From IMG/VR virus record IMGVR_UViG_3300020055_000004: DNA of 64,000 nucleotides. The stretch is one strand, 5' to 3'. A program made the translations under genes and the position numbers. Shown here piece by piece: positions 1-10,600 of this stretch; positions within the stretch are counted from its first letter, which is position 1; the number at the start of each line of letters is the position of its first letter. The notes below the pieces were generated by a model. It worked only from the letters and a program-made list of their open reading frames with translations. It had not been told where the DNA came from and did no database searches. The DNA is from a virus.

Positions 1-7
1 AAATACG

Positions 8-496
8 ATGGCATATGTAATGTCTAGAGATAAATCTGGAAATGAATCACATAAACCATTAGGTAATCAAGTATGTGGTCCTATGAGTGAAGAAATAGCT
101 ACAGGTATACCTGATCAAAACTGCGCAGCTAACCCATTACATTTAACAACCCCTTGGATGGTGAAGGCAAAAAATATTTCATTATTAATTATGCCTCCTC
201 ATTATCATTCGAATATAGTAGAGAAGTTATACATTTACCCTGGCGTAGTTGATTATTCAGAGAGATTTACTACACTCAATATTATTTTTAAGCCAAAAGA
301 AAAAGGCAGTTTTACAATCAAAGCCGGTGAACCTTTAGTGCATATTATACCATTTAAGAAAGAAACATACAATGGTTTTTATGGTCCAATGGTAGAAAAA
401 CGAGAAGCTAGATCTCGAGGATTCGCGAGTGTAGCTCAATGGTATAGAAAATATTGCATGCGAAAAAGCAATTATACATTAGAAGAGAAACAATAA
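8..496 (+). CDS. hypothetical protein (DUF6065/dUTPase-like beta-fold; true start may lie upstream of the window)
   Basis: PGVVD...IKAGEPLVHIIPFKKE pattern seen in phage proteins next to 2OG-Fe(II) oxygenases. Confidence 0.45.
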   Translation: MAYVMSRDKSGNESHKPLGNQVCGPMSEEIATGIPDQNCAANPLHLTTPWMVKAKNISLLIMPPHYHSNIVEKLYIYPGVVDYSERFTTLNIIFKPKEKGSFTIKAGEPLVHIIPFKKETYNGFYGPMVEKREARSRGFASVAQWYRKYCMRKSNYTLEEKQ

Positions 497-1365
497 TGTT
501 TGCAAAAGAACAATTCGAAAAAGATTTTGAAGAAATTTATTTTAATGATAAGCTTATTGTTTTAAATAATTTTATAAGAGAAGAAGAGTGTTGTCATCTC
601 GGTACAATTGGTGATTTTAAAAAATTAATATTATTTAAAGAAGACCAATTTACTTATTATTTTGTAACTGCACTATCTAAGATGCAAACAGATGAAATTC
701 AATCTACTACAAATAGAATTCTAGAGGATTATAAAAATAATCCTCAATTTACTCCGCTTACTACAAAAAATCCTGATAGTGTAGAATTTGATGATCAAAA
801 TCAAAAATCAGAAATATATCAAGATTTTATTAATTATTGTAAATTGTCATTAGAATATATTGAAAAAAATAATCAAACAATGATGATTAATAAATTTGAA
901 ATTTTTAACAATCATGTCTATGAACTGTTACAATTTTTATTAAACCAATTTTATTGTAATCTTGAATATTATGGAGTCTGGCCTGTACGACCTGTTCATA
1001 CGAGTGGTTGTATTCAAGCTTATTATCATCCATCAAAAGATGCCGATAAACATTTACCGTGTGCTAAAACGTGGAGTAATTTTTTTCTAGGTGTAGATGA
1101 ATCATTTAAAATTATTGTTTATAAAAATAGATGTTCTGCATTATGCGATCATAGTTTTCCAGAAGATTGGGATGTTAGAGATTATCAAGTTTTTTTTGAT
1201 AAATTAGAGATAGAACAAGAAATTACAGTAAACAAAGGTGATATTGTTTATATTCCTGCTCATCAATACTACAGCATTGAACCACTTGGCGAAGCTTTGT
1301 TTTTTAATATACCTTTAATTCTAAAAGGTCCATATGCTACACACGGCATACAGGAAAAACCATGA
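496..1365 (+). CDS. cupin/JmjC-like protein
   Basis: C-terminal ITVNKGDIVYIPAHQYYSIEP cupin strand motif; ATG at 496 overlaps the upstream TAA (TAATG). Confidence 0.5.
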   Translation: MFAKEQFEKDFEEIYFNDKLIVLNNFIREEECCHLGTIGDFKKLILFKEDQFTYYFVTALSKMQTDEIQSTTNRILEDYKNNPQFTPLTTKNPDSVEFDDQNQKSEIYQDFINYCKLSLEYIEKNNQTMMINKFEIFNNHVYELLQFLLNQFYCNLEYYGVWPVRPVHTSGCIQAYYHPSKDADKHLPCAKTWSNFFLGVDESFKIIVYKNRCSALCDHSFPEDWDVRDYQVFFDKLEIEQEITVNKGDIVYIPAHQYYSIEPLGEALFFNIPLILKGPYATHGIQEKP

Positions 1366-1961
1366 TTGAAAGAATTGATATATTTGTCGATAGTATTTTT
1401 AAAATGGTTTTTGATGATGTCAATTCTGAAGAAATTGTTAAATTTATGGATTATATTTGTAGTCAAGATGAGGGGAGGGATTTATCAAATATTGGAGGCT
1501 GGCAACGAGAATATAATATAAATGAAAATAAACATATAGATAATTTAATTGGTCGTATTAACGAAGCTGCCAATCAAATATGTAGAGATGCTTATGAATC
1601 TGATGTAAATGTAAAAGTTGATAATTTATGGATGAACATTAATTTCCAACATTGTTACAATATGCACCATTCTCATCCTGGCCCAACATGTGTTTTATCT
1701 GGTTGTTATTATCCAAGAAATGTAGAGCAAGAACAAGGTGAAATTATGTTTATTAGAAAAGGTGATTATTCATGGGCATTACAAAATGGCTCATTAGGCG
1801 ATGATTTATGCAATCCATTAATAACAACCGATCATTTTGAACCAATCACCGAAAAAAACACATGTTTATTTTTTCCTAATCATATGACACATGGCGTATT
1901 AATAAATCAAATAGAAAAACCTCGTTATTCGATCGCTTTTAATATAGTACGGTTCGAATAA
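1362..1961 (+). CDS. 2OG-Fe(II) oxygenase (TIGR02466-like)
   Basis: WMNIN..HSHPG..LSGCYY..FFPNHMTHGV..RYSIAFN motifs. Confidence 0.85.
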   Translation: MIERIDIFVDSIFKMVFDDVNSEEIVKFMDYICSQDEGRDLSNIGGWQREYNINENKHIDNLIGRINEAANQICRDAYESDVNVKVDNLWMNINFQHCYNMHHSHPGPTCVLSGCYYPRNVEQEQGEIMFIRKGDYSWALQNGSLGDDLCNPLITTDHFEPITEKNTCLFFPNHMTHGVLINQIEKPRYSIAFNIVRFE

Positions 1962-1962
1962 T

Positions 1963-1970
1963 TATAAATA
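1963..1970 (+). promoter_or_regulatory. T4-type late promoter TATAAATA
   Basis: exact consensus, intergenic, upstream of the structural block; gp55 is encoded in the window. Confidence 0.8.
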
Positions 1971-1995
1971 AAAGTAAAACGAGGACGTTTCTCTC

Positions 1996-2343
1996 ATGGC
2001 CCGTACCGAAGATTTAACCATAGTCGAAGGTGCTGACGCTACTATTAAAGTATTCATTGTTGACACAAATGGCGCAGCTAAAGACATTAATAATAAATTG
2101 TTTAGTGGAGGAATGAAGAAAACTTATTCTGATCCTACCACTATTTCATTCAGCACTGCTGTTGTAGACGCCAACGGTGGTGTAATTCAATTGAGTTTGA
2201 ACTCGACACAGACTAGTACACTCGATACCAGTGTGAGATATGTATATGACGTTGTTATGTACGAATCAGGAAATACAAATATAGAAAGAATTATGGATGG
2301 TAAAGTGTTTATTAAACCTAGCGTTACAATTTTAGGGAGTTAG
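1996..2343 (+). CDS. virion structural protein (baseplate/fibre-associated Ig-like module)
   Basis: GVIQLSL..TQTSTL..RYVYDV..RIMDGKVFIKPSVT pattern; follows a late promoter; GAGG SD. Confidence 0.55.
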   Translation: MARTEDLTIVEGADATIKVFIVDTNGAAKDINNKLFSGGMKKTYSDPTTISFSTAVVDANGGVIQLSLNSTQTSTLDTSVRYVYDVVMYESGNTNIERIMDGKVFIKPSVTILGS

Positions 2344-2346
2344 TAA

Positions 2347-3222
2347 ATGGCGATCATTCTACGTGCAGATGATGATGCTCTTACACACACTGAGCTTGAC
2401 GCAAACTTCACATCTCTTTTACCAACAACTAACGGCCAATTAGTAATTGGTAATACTGGAGCCGCAAGAAGTCCGACTATTGGTACTCTCACGCCAGGAA
2501 ATGGTATTGATATTACTAATGGTGCAGGATCTATTACAATCACAGCAGAAACTGCTAATACTACCAATGCCGGCGTAGTTGAGTTAGCCACCATCGCTGA
2601 AACAAATACTGGTACTGATGCTACTCGAGCAGTAACGCCTGATAGTCTCGATGGTTGGACAGGATCAACCAACGTAGCAACACTTGGTACTATAACATCT
2701 GGTACATGGCAAGGTAGTGTTATTGCTTCTGCTTATTTGGATGCTGATACCGCACATCTTTCGACTACACAGACGTTTAGCGGTGCAAAAACATTTAGTG
2801 CAGTTACTACAATTTCCAATGCAACTGCGTCTAGCAATACTAGCACAGGCGCTTTAAAAGTCACGGGCGGTGTTGGTATTCAAGGTGCGCTGTATGCCAC
2901 GTCTAAGTCATTCGACATTCCACATCCTACTAAAGAAGGCATGGGATTACGTCATGGATCATTAGAGGGACCAGAATTTGGTGTGTATGTGCGAGGTAAA
3001 ACTACAGAACAAGTTATCGACTTGCCAGATTATTGGGTAGGCCTTGTAGATGAATCAACAATCACAGTACAATTAACTGCGATCGGCCATCCTCAACATT
3101 TATGGGTTAAGAAAATAGAAAATAATCAAGTTCATATTCGTAGCGTAGATCAAGTTAATTGTTACTATCACATCTTCGCAGAGCGCAAAGACATCGATAA
3201 GTTAGAGGTGGAATATGAATGA
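2347..3222 (+). CDS. tail fibre-like protein with C-terminal chaperone-like domain
   Basis: Thr/Gly-rich fibre segments (GVVELAT, GALKVTGGVGI); C-terminal KSFDIPHPTK..LRHGSLEGPE..VYVRG domain. Confidence 0.65.
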   Translation: MAIILRADDDALTHTELDANFTSLLPTTNGQLVIGNTGAARSPTIGTLTPGNGIDITNGAGSITITAETANTTNAGVVELATIAETNTGTDATRAVTPDSLDGWTGSTNVATLGTITSGTWQGSVIASAYLDADTAHLSTTQTFSGAKTFSAVTTISNATASSNTSTGALKVTGGVGIQGALYATSKSFDIPHPTKEGMGLRHGSLEGPEFGVYVRGKTTEQVIDLPDYWVGLVDESTITVQLTAIGHPQHLWVKKIENNQVHIRSVDQVNCYYHIFAERKDIDKLEVEYE

Positions 3223-3325
3223 GTGTGCAATTTGTCATTGTGAATGCGAAGATATTTGTTGTTCACAAGAATGTCATGAAGAATTAGAAAGATTGAATAC
3301 GGCAGTAAATCAGGATGACGACTGA
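3215..3325 (+). CDS. 36-aa Cys-rich miniprotein (not in the ORF track)
   Basis: MNECAICHCECEDICCSQECHEELERLNTAVNQDDD*; GAGGTG SD upstream; TGA overlaps the next ATG (TGATG). Confidence 0.6.
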   Translation: MNECAICHCECEDICCSQECHEELERLNTAVNQDDD

Positions 3326-4014
3326 TGTCCGTAAAATTTGGAACAACTTCTAATTTAAGAGCTCTTCGAAAAATTGGTTCAGACATGGAAAGAGAGGGTA
3401 CTCAACAAAATACCATGACTTTTACCTTTCCTACTGGATGGCAAGCCGGCGACTTGGCCATTATTAGTGCATGGTGGGATTCATCAATTACCATTAGTAC
3501 ACCAACAGGATGGACAAGTATAGTAACAAATGAAGATGGATCAGAATATCCTGAAGGACAAACATTCTATAGAATTTTGCAATCAGGTGATAGTGGTTCA
3601 GTAAGTGTTGTTTCAAGCTTAGCCGATTACTATTCTGGTGTTATTCATATTTTTAGAGGCAATGCTCCAATATCATCTGTGACAATAGGTAACACTGCTT
3701 TTGCAGATGGTCCAAGCTCTTTAAATTCTACAATAGCCGCCGATTCTCCAGCTACAGTATCAGCAAATACAGTACGCCTTAAATTATATTTTTTAACAGG
3801 TAGGCAACAAACAACTTATATTCAAAATCCAATACCAACATTTACTCCAAATGATTGGACTGAATATTACGACGGCGAAAACAAAGTTACTTTGGATAAT
3901 ATGGATTGGTCATATAAAATATTATTGCCGGGTACTTTAGACGCCAGTAATCAGGTTACAACAAATGATACAGGGAGGCAAGGACATCATTTAGCGTCCT
4001 TGACACTGAGCTAA
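3325..4014 (+). CDS. hypothetical virion protein
   Basis: Thr/Ser-rich beta-type sequence within a translationally coupled late operon. Confidence 0.5.
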   Translation: MSVKFGTTSNLRALRKIGSDMEREGTQQNTMTFTFPTGWQAGDLAIISAWWDSSITISTPTGWTSIVTNEDGSEYPEGQTFYRILQSGDSGSVSVVSSLADYYSGVIHIFRGNAPISSVTIGNTAFADGPSSLNSTIAADSPATVSANTVRLKLYFLTGRQQTTYIQNPIPTFTPNDWTEYYDGENKVTLDNMDWSYKILLPGTLDASNQVTTNDTGRQGHHLASLTLS

Positions 4015-4916
4015 TGGCAATTCCACAAAAATTTCTTCGTTGTCTTGTCGATGCTCGTAACTCAAAAAGTTATCCGGGCACAGGCACAGTATGGACTGAT
4101 ATATCAGGATATAATAATAACTTCAATCTCGCGAATGTAACTTATAATTCTGCTGGATATTTTACTTTTAATGGAAGTACAAGTAGTGGTACGATGACAC
4201 CATCTACACCAAATGGTTTCGGAGTTGATAATAGACAATCTACTGTTAGTGTTTTATGTAGACCGACTTTAAATACCGCTGCAAATAAGCCTATCATTAC
4301 CGACAACTATGGACCAGAGTGGGGCATATGGTACGATGGTGATGAATTTAGATCATATGTTTATGGCGGATCCGCTGCACAGGCACATTCTATCAATGGT
4401 TGGGCTAATGTTACGATGGTGGTTGATTATGTTGCAAGACCACCATTAACTTATACTGTGACTGGTGGTTCACACACTTCTGGAACAACAACTCTAAATG
4501 TCACTCACAATGGTAATTTTATTTATAACGCGTCTGGTCCATTAAATGATAGAATTACCGTATCAGGTCTATCACCTTCAGGCTATAACGGAACTTTTGC
4601 TTTAACTGGTGCAACGACCAGTACTATATCATATGCTCAATCAGATCCCGGTACATTTGTTTCAGGAGGTACCGCTACCACCAAAGTAGGCAATTATAGA
4701 TTTAAACAATATTTAAATGGTGTAGCTACAACTGATGCTACAGGCTCAGTAGGAAATGGATGTGATGATTGGCCTATTACTATCGGTTTTGATTCGCAAA
4801 GTGGCTCACCTGTTAATTATTTTACTGGTGATATTGCATGGATTGGTATATGGCAAGAAGCATTGAGTGCTGCTGAAGTAAATGATATTTACAACGCTCT
4901 TCGAGGTAGAATGTAA
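4014..4916 (+). CDS. LamG/concanavalin A-like virion protein
   Basis: DARNSKSYPGTGTVWTDISG N-terminus and FTGDIA..ALSAAEV..YNA C-terminus. Confidence 0.75.
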   Translation: MAIPQKFLRCLVDARNSKSYPGTGTVWTDISGYNNNFNLANVTYNSAGYFTFNGSTSSGTMTPSTPNGFGVDNRQSTVSVLCRPTLNTAANKPIITDNYGPEWGIWYDGDEFRSYVYGGSAAQAHSINGWANVTMVVDYVARPPLTYTVTGGSHTSGTTTLNVTHNGNFIYNASGPLNDRITVSGLSPSGYNGTFALTGATTSTISYAQSDPGTFVSGGTATTKVGNYRFKQYLNGVATTDATGSVGNGCDDWPITIGFDSQSGSPVNYFTGDIAWIGIWQEALSAAEVNDIYNALRGRM

Positions 4917-6319
4917 TGTCTATAAAAAATAGTATAGTTACAAATGGATTGACATTCTATTATGATATGTTTAATGATAAAAGTTTTCGAGGTGCGCCTA
5001 CTACAAATATCGAAGAAAACGGTAATGCTGATCGTAATATGACGCAGTCCGATGCCTTTTCTAGCTATAGTGGAACGGTATCAGGCGGCAGATGGGCCCT
5101 AAATCATCATGATGCTATTAAAGTTTACAATAGAGCCGGCTCTAATATTTCATCTAAAATTAATAGTGGTGTACAAAATTACAAAAACACATATCATGGT
5201 ATTTGGACATACGAAGAAGAATTAGGCTATCCGGTCGTTACGATGAGAGACATTGGTGACGGATCATGGATGTATGCTGGTTTTGGTATAGATGGCAGCT
5301 ACAATACTCCAGCCAAATGTGGTTTAGGTTTAGGTGATAATTACGTTATATCATGGGATCAATGGACTACAAATACGAGTAAATCAGCTAACTGTGGATT
5401 GTATGGTCAAAATACGACAGGAACACAAAACAATTTTCACGATGGATTATCTAATAGTTCCGGAACTGGTAAAAAATATAACACAAGAACACATACATGG
5501 GAAAGATTGTGGTGTATATTTACAATAGGTGCAAATCGTGGTTTGAACGCCACATGGAGCCAATATAATTATGGTCATTATGGCGGAAGAGGTATAACAA
5601 AAGTTGCTAATTGGCAGCTCGAAGTAGGTAATACTCCATCTAAATATGTTATACCTAAGACAGCAACTAGTACTCAAACTAGAAGTAATACAGAATCTAT
5701 AGTTGATTTAGCACCTAATCCTGCTGCTATTACACAGACTAATTTGACATATTCTATTGCAAATACGACTGATTTGCAATTACCAGAAAGATTTTCTTTT
5801 ACGAATAGTACGTCACGTTTAGACATCGAATCATCTGCGCTTTCTGCTCAGGCTTCGTCTGGTACATGGACAATTGATATATGGTTAAAAAGAACAGCAT
5901 TGAGTAGTGGTGATATCGACACATTTCTACAAACAGGTTCAGCAAATAATTTTCTTTGGTATTTTAGACAAACTACTGGCAATATAGAATTTGAAAATAC
6001 TGCTAAAGTTACGTGGAGTTTTACACCTACGACTGATGTCTATTATCACTTTGTAGCAACAGGATCTGGAGGATCTGTAGAAGTCTTTATAAATGGGGTT
6101 TCTCTCGGCACGCGTGCAACAACATCTACTTTTTCGATTGCATATGCAAATGGAATTTGTGTAGGTCAAGAATTAGATAGCAACTCAGCGACTCCTTCTG
6201 TTGATCCTAATCAAAGATTTCAAGGAGAAATACCTTCTATGAAATTTTATAATAGAGTTTTATCAGACACAGAAATACTACAAAACTTTAATGCATCTCG
6301 TGGAAATTACGGCGTATAA
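4916..6319 (+). CDS. LamG/concanavalin A-like virion protein
   Basis: IVTNGLTFYYD N-terminus; FQGEI..FYNRVLSDTEILQNFNA C-terminus. Confidence 0.75.
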   Translation: MSIKNSIVTNGLTFYYDMFNDKSFRGAPTTNIEENGNADRNMTQSDAFSSYSGTVSGGRWALNHHDAIKVYNRAGSNISSKINSGVQNYKNTYHGIWTYEEELGYPVVTMRDIGDGSWMYAGFGIDGSYNTPAKCGLGLGDNYVISWDQWTTNTSKSANCGLYGQNTTGTQNNFHDGLSNSSGTGKKYNTRTHTWERLWCIFTIGANRGLNATWSQYNYGHYGGRGITKVANWQLEVGNTPSKYVIPKTATSTQTRSNTESIVDLAPNPAAITQTNLTYSIANTTDLQLPERFSFTNSTSRLDIESSALSAQASSGTWTIDIWLKRTALSSGDIDTFLQTGSANNFLWYFRQTTGNIEFENTAKVTWSFTPTTDVYYHFVATGSGGSVEVFINGVSLGTRATTSTFSIAYANGICVGQELDSNSATPSVDPNQRFQGEIPSMKFYNRVLSDTEILQNFNASRGNYGV

Positions 6320-6322
6320 ATA
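6315..6322 (+). promoter_or_regulatory. late promoter TATAAATA
   Basis: exact consensus at a gene junction. Confidence 0.75.
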
Positions 6323-6344
6323 ACTATACACATAGGAAGATTAA

Positions 6345-6986
6345 ATGGCCACTACTGACCGCGATCTATTAATTACTCCAAATGATGGCAACGCTAGCAA
6401 TGATCCAAAGATCGAATTTAAAAGCGGCGGAACATCGGGAGATCCAATTACATTATCTGTAACAGATGATGGAACAACTACTACGCTCGATTTTAGTGGG
6501 TCGGCTGGCCAATTATTTTCAATTGCAAATGATTTGAGCGGTACAATTTTTGCTGCAGCTGATGGTTCTGGTGTACCAATAATTGAAGCAGATGCTGATG
6601 GCACCGTCCGGTTTGCTCCGTTTGGTGGTACAATTGAGGCTGGTGCACCTTTTAGAGAAAAAATAATTACATCATCTGGTACAACAGCAGCATTAGATTT
6701 ATCGGCCGGATCAGTTTTCTGGCATGTAGCTGGAGCAGGTACAACTACTTTTAGTTTTTCTAATGGTCCAGCATCAGGATATTCACAAACAATTACTGTT
6801 ATACATCAACAAGATAATACAGGTAGTCGAGCTGCATCTTGGCCTGGAGCTTTATATTGGGCAGAAAATGTAGAACCACCCGAATCTACTGGTGCCAGTG
6901 CTATAGATGTTTATACAATTAGTATTATAAATAATGCTGGGACGACTTATTATTGGGGTTCTCTGAGCATTAGAAACGCAAGTTAA
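6345..6986 (+). CDS. virion structural protein (fibre-associated)
   Basis: GSAGQLFSI..GVPIIE and QDNTGSR..WP..W..P..S..IDVYT motifs typical of phage fibre modules. Confidence 0.55.
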   Translation: MATTDRDLLITPNDGNASNDPKIEFKSGGTSGDPITLSVTDDGTTTTLDFSGSAGQLFSIANDLSGTIFAAADGSGVPIIEADADGTVRFAPFGGTIEAGAPFREKIITSSGTTAALDLSAGSVFWHVAGAGTTTFSFSNGPASGYSQTITVIHQQDNTGSRAASWPGALYWAENVEPPESTGASAIDVYTISIINNAGTTYYWGSLSIRNAS

Positions 6987-6997
6987 AAATTGATTCT

Positions 6998-7005
6998 TAT
7001 AAATA
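6998..7005 (+). promoter_or_regulatory. late promoter TATAAATA
   Basis: exact consensus, intergenic. Confidence 0.75.
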
Positions 7006-7017
7006 ATGGAGTAGATA

Positions 7018-7203
7018 ATGACTACGGGTAAAGATAAAACATTAGCCGAAAAATTAAAAGGCGCTGGTTTATCTGGTGTTCTAGAGGTTAAGAAAGCCGA
7101 CGGCACTGTAGCTAAACTTTATTTAAAGCAAAAAAACTCAACAGGAGATAGTTTAAATGGCGACATTAACACATCCAACAGCAACCAGGGACGCAATCAC
7201 TAA
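7018..7203 (+). CDS. small hypothetical protein
   Basis: GGAG SD directly after a late promoter. Confidence 0.5.
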   Translation: MTTGKDKTLAEKLKGAGLSGVLEVKKADGTVAKLYLKQKNSTGDSLNGDINTSNSNQGRNH

Positions 7204-7558
7204 TACTGTCGTCGACCTTATTGACGGTGGCGCTTCAGCTGGAACGCTTGTATTCTTGACCGCTGCAGATGCAACGGTTGCAACTCTTACTTTTAGTGAT
7301 CCTGCTTTCGATGCGTCGGGTTCAGGCGGTGGTAACCCTGCTGGTGTAGCCACGGCTAACGCCATCACTGCTAATACGAACTGTAACGAAGGAACAATTA
7401 CTAAGTTTGAGGTTCGTGATTCGAACGCAGCAGTAGTTTTCCAAGGCGATGTATCTGACGATAACACTGGTACTGGTTCTATTCAGCTGTCATCTACAGC
7501 GATTGGTTCTGGTGACACATTGTCAGTAAGCTCACTTACTTACACCGCTCCAGCTTAA
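7157..7558 (+). CDS. virion structural protein
   Basis: AGGAG SD; Ala/Thr/Gly-rich beta protein (LTFSDPAF..). Confidence 0.6.
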   Translation: MATLTHPTATRDAITNTVVDLIDGGASAGTLVFLTAADATVATLTFSDPAFDASGSGGGNPAGVATANAITANTNCNEGTITKFEVRDSNAAVVFQGDVSDDNTGTGSIQLSSTAIGSGDTLSVSSLTYTAPA

Positions 7559-7572
7559 TAGTATGAATCTCT

Positions 7573-7643
7573 TGGGTAACTACATATTCAGTTACCCACA
7601 TGGTAAACTGAAAAGCAAACAGACCTACGGGTCTGTTTGTTAT
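7573..7643 (+). terminator. two tandem hairpins; the second resembles an intrinsic terminator
   Basis: TGGGTAACT-N8-AGTTACCCA (7573-7598) and CAAACAGACC-TACG-GGTCTGTTTG (7616-7639, UNCG loop) followed by a short U tract. Confidence 0.6.
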
Positions 7644-7659
7644 GCATGGGAGATGATCG

Positions 7660-10600
7660 GTGAGTGATTTAACACGTGTTATATACGTCGACGATGGTAC
7701 CCCAGCCAGTAGCGATTTATATGTTACTCCTCACGGCTACGTAGAAAAATCAGAAGAAGCCGGTCACGGCTTCGTTGGCATAACCAATGCATCCACTTCA
7801 GGTGTCGGCGAAAGACAGGTTAAGCGAACGGCAGGTGTCTTAGGTATTACCAATGGATCTACTTCAGGCATTGGCGAACGCACAGTCAAATCCACATCAG
7901 GTTCGTTAACTGCTTCTACTGGTCCTTCAGTATCATCACCGGGCGAACGCAGTGTAGTATCATATAGTACCGCTGTTGTAGCAACTACTCCTCCATCATC
8001 GTCTGGTATCGGCGAACGGCAAATTGATCAAACTTCAGGTTCTTTAGCTCAAGCTGGTAATGCAAGTTTATCATCAACTGGCGAGAGGCAAGTTAAACGA
8101 ACAGCTGGTGTTGGCGGTATAGCTAATGGATCTACATCTGGTGTAGGTGAAAGACAAGTTAAGCGAACGGCTGGTGTCTTAGGTATTGCCAATGGATCTA
8201 CATCTGGTGTCGGTGAAAGACAGGTTAAAAGAACTGCTGGTATCTTAGGTATTGCTAGCGGATCAACATCAGGTATTGTTGAAAGACAAGTTAAACGGAC
8301 TGCTGGTGTCTTAGGTATTGCCAATGGATCTACTTCAGGTGTAGGTGAAAGACAAGTTAAACGGACTGCTGGTGTCTTAGGTATTGCCAATGGATCTACT
8401 TCAGGTGTAGGTGAACGGCAAATCGATCAAACCTCAGGTTCTTTAGCTCAAGCTGGTGATGCCAGTTCATCGGGTATTGGTGAAAGACAGGTTAAAAGAA
8501 CTGCTGGTGTCTTAGGTATTACCAATGGATCTATTTCTGGTATTGGTGAACGTCAGATAGATCAAACGTCTGGTTCTTTGGCGCAAGCTGGTAATGCTAG
8601 TTTATCTGGCGTTAGTGAACGCACAATTACTCAGACTGCCGATAATTTACCAGCGAAAAGTAATCATACACTTGTAGGTATCGGCGAACGGCAAATAGTT
8701 TCTACTTCTGGTTCACTAACGGCATCTACAGTTGGCTCAGTATCGTCACCCGGTGAGCGTACTGTAGTATCCTATAGCACAGCGGTTGTTGCGCAAAATG
8801 GATCTACTACTGGTGTTGGTGAAAGACAAATAGATCAAACTTCTGGCTCTTTGGCTCAGGCTGGTAACGCAAGTTTAGTCGGTATTGCTGAAAGGCAGAT
8901 TACGCAAACAGCCGATAATTTACCGACAAATACTGGTTCTACTTCGGGCGTCGGTCTTGCAGGTAAAGACGTTAAAGTCGGCATTTTAGGTATAGCTAAT
9001 TCTGAATCGTCCGGCATTGGTGAGAGACAAATAACACAAACTGCTGATCTATCAGGATTTGCCGCTGGTTCAACTTCTGGTACTGGCTTACGTACTATTA
9101 AATCAACGTCAGGTTCTTTGGAAGCTTCTACCGGCCCGGTAATATCAAGCCCTGGCGAACGTATTATTACGACTTATAGTTCTGCTGTCGTTGCTCAAGA
9201 TGGATCTACGGTTGGTATTGGTGAGAGACAGATTACGCAGACCGCTGACAACTTACCAGCTAAGAGCGATCATACACTCGTAGGATCTGGCCTAAGAACT
9301 ATAACACAGACTGCTGATCTATCAGGATTTGCCGCTGGTTCAACTTCTGGTATTGGTTTACGTACTATTAAATCAACATCAGGTTCTTTGTTAGCATCAA
9401 CTGGACCTTCTGTATCAAGTCCCGGTGAAAGAACTATTACAACTTATAGTTCAGCTGTTGTTGCTCAGGATGGATCTACATCAGGCACTGGTTTACGTAC
9501 TGTAACTCAAACAGCAGACAATCTTCCAGCTAAGAGTAATCATACACTCGTAGGAACTGGTCTAAGAACAATTACTCAAACAGCTGATCTATCAGGATTT
9601 GCAACAGGATCTACGGCAGGCACTGGTTTACGAACTATATTACAAACGTCTGACAATATTCCTATTAATACAGGTTCTACAACTGGTATTGGTGAACGAC
9701 AAATAATAACTAATTCAGGTTTAGATGGCTATCAAGTAGTAACCGGTTCTATATCATCTGTTGGTGAACGTACAATTACTCAAACCGCAGATCTTTCTGG
9801 TTTTGCAGAAGGATCAACATCTGGCACCGGCTTAAGAACTATTGTACAGACAGCTGATAACTTACCTACTAATACAGGTTCTACAACTGGTACAGGTACA
9901 ATTGAAACATTAGCTGTTGGTATTTTAGGTATTGCTAATAGTTCTGCATCTGGTACTGGTTTAAGAACTGTTGTGACTACTGATGGTTCGCTAACACCAT
10001 CAACTATACCAGTCGTATCATCACCCGGCGAACGTATCATTACAACTTATAGTTCTGCGGTTGTGGCCACAACACCTCCGGAGCTTGATGGTGTCGGTGA
10101 ACGTCAGATTACACAGACTGCTGATAATCTTCCAGCTAAGAGTGATCATACGCTTGTAGGTATCGTCGAAAGACAAATTATTCAAACAGCAGATAACTTA
10201 CCAGCTAAGAGTAATCATACTCTATCAGGTACCGGTGAAAGACAGATTACCCAAACTGCAGACCTTTCTGGATTTGCAACTGGATCTACATCAGGTACCG
10301 GTGAACGACAAATCAATCAGACAGCAGATATCACAGGATATGATATATCAAGTGTAAATGCTATTGGTGAAAGAACCGTTGTACAAACGGCCGATAATCT
10401 ACCAACGAATACTGGTTCTACAACTGGTATTGGTATTTCCGGTAAAGTTGGTTCTGGTCAATTAACAGCATCAACACTTGGTTCTACATCTGGTATCGGT
10501 GAACGACAAATTGTTTCTACGTCTACCAGTTTACAAGCAAGCAATGCTTCTGTTTCAAGTGATATTGGTGAAAGACAGATAGATCAAACTTCCGGAAATC

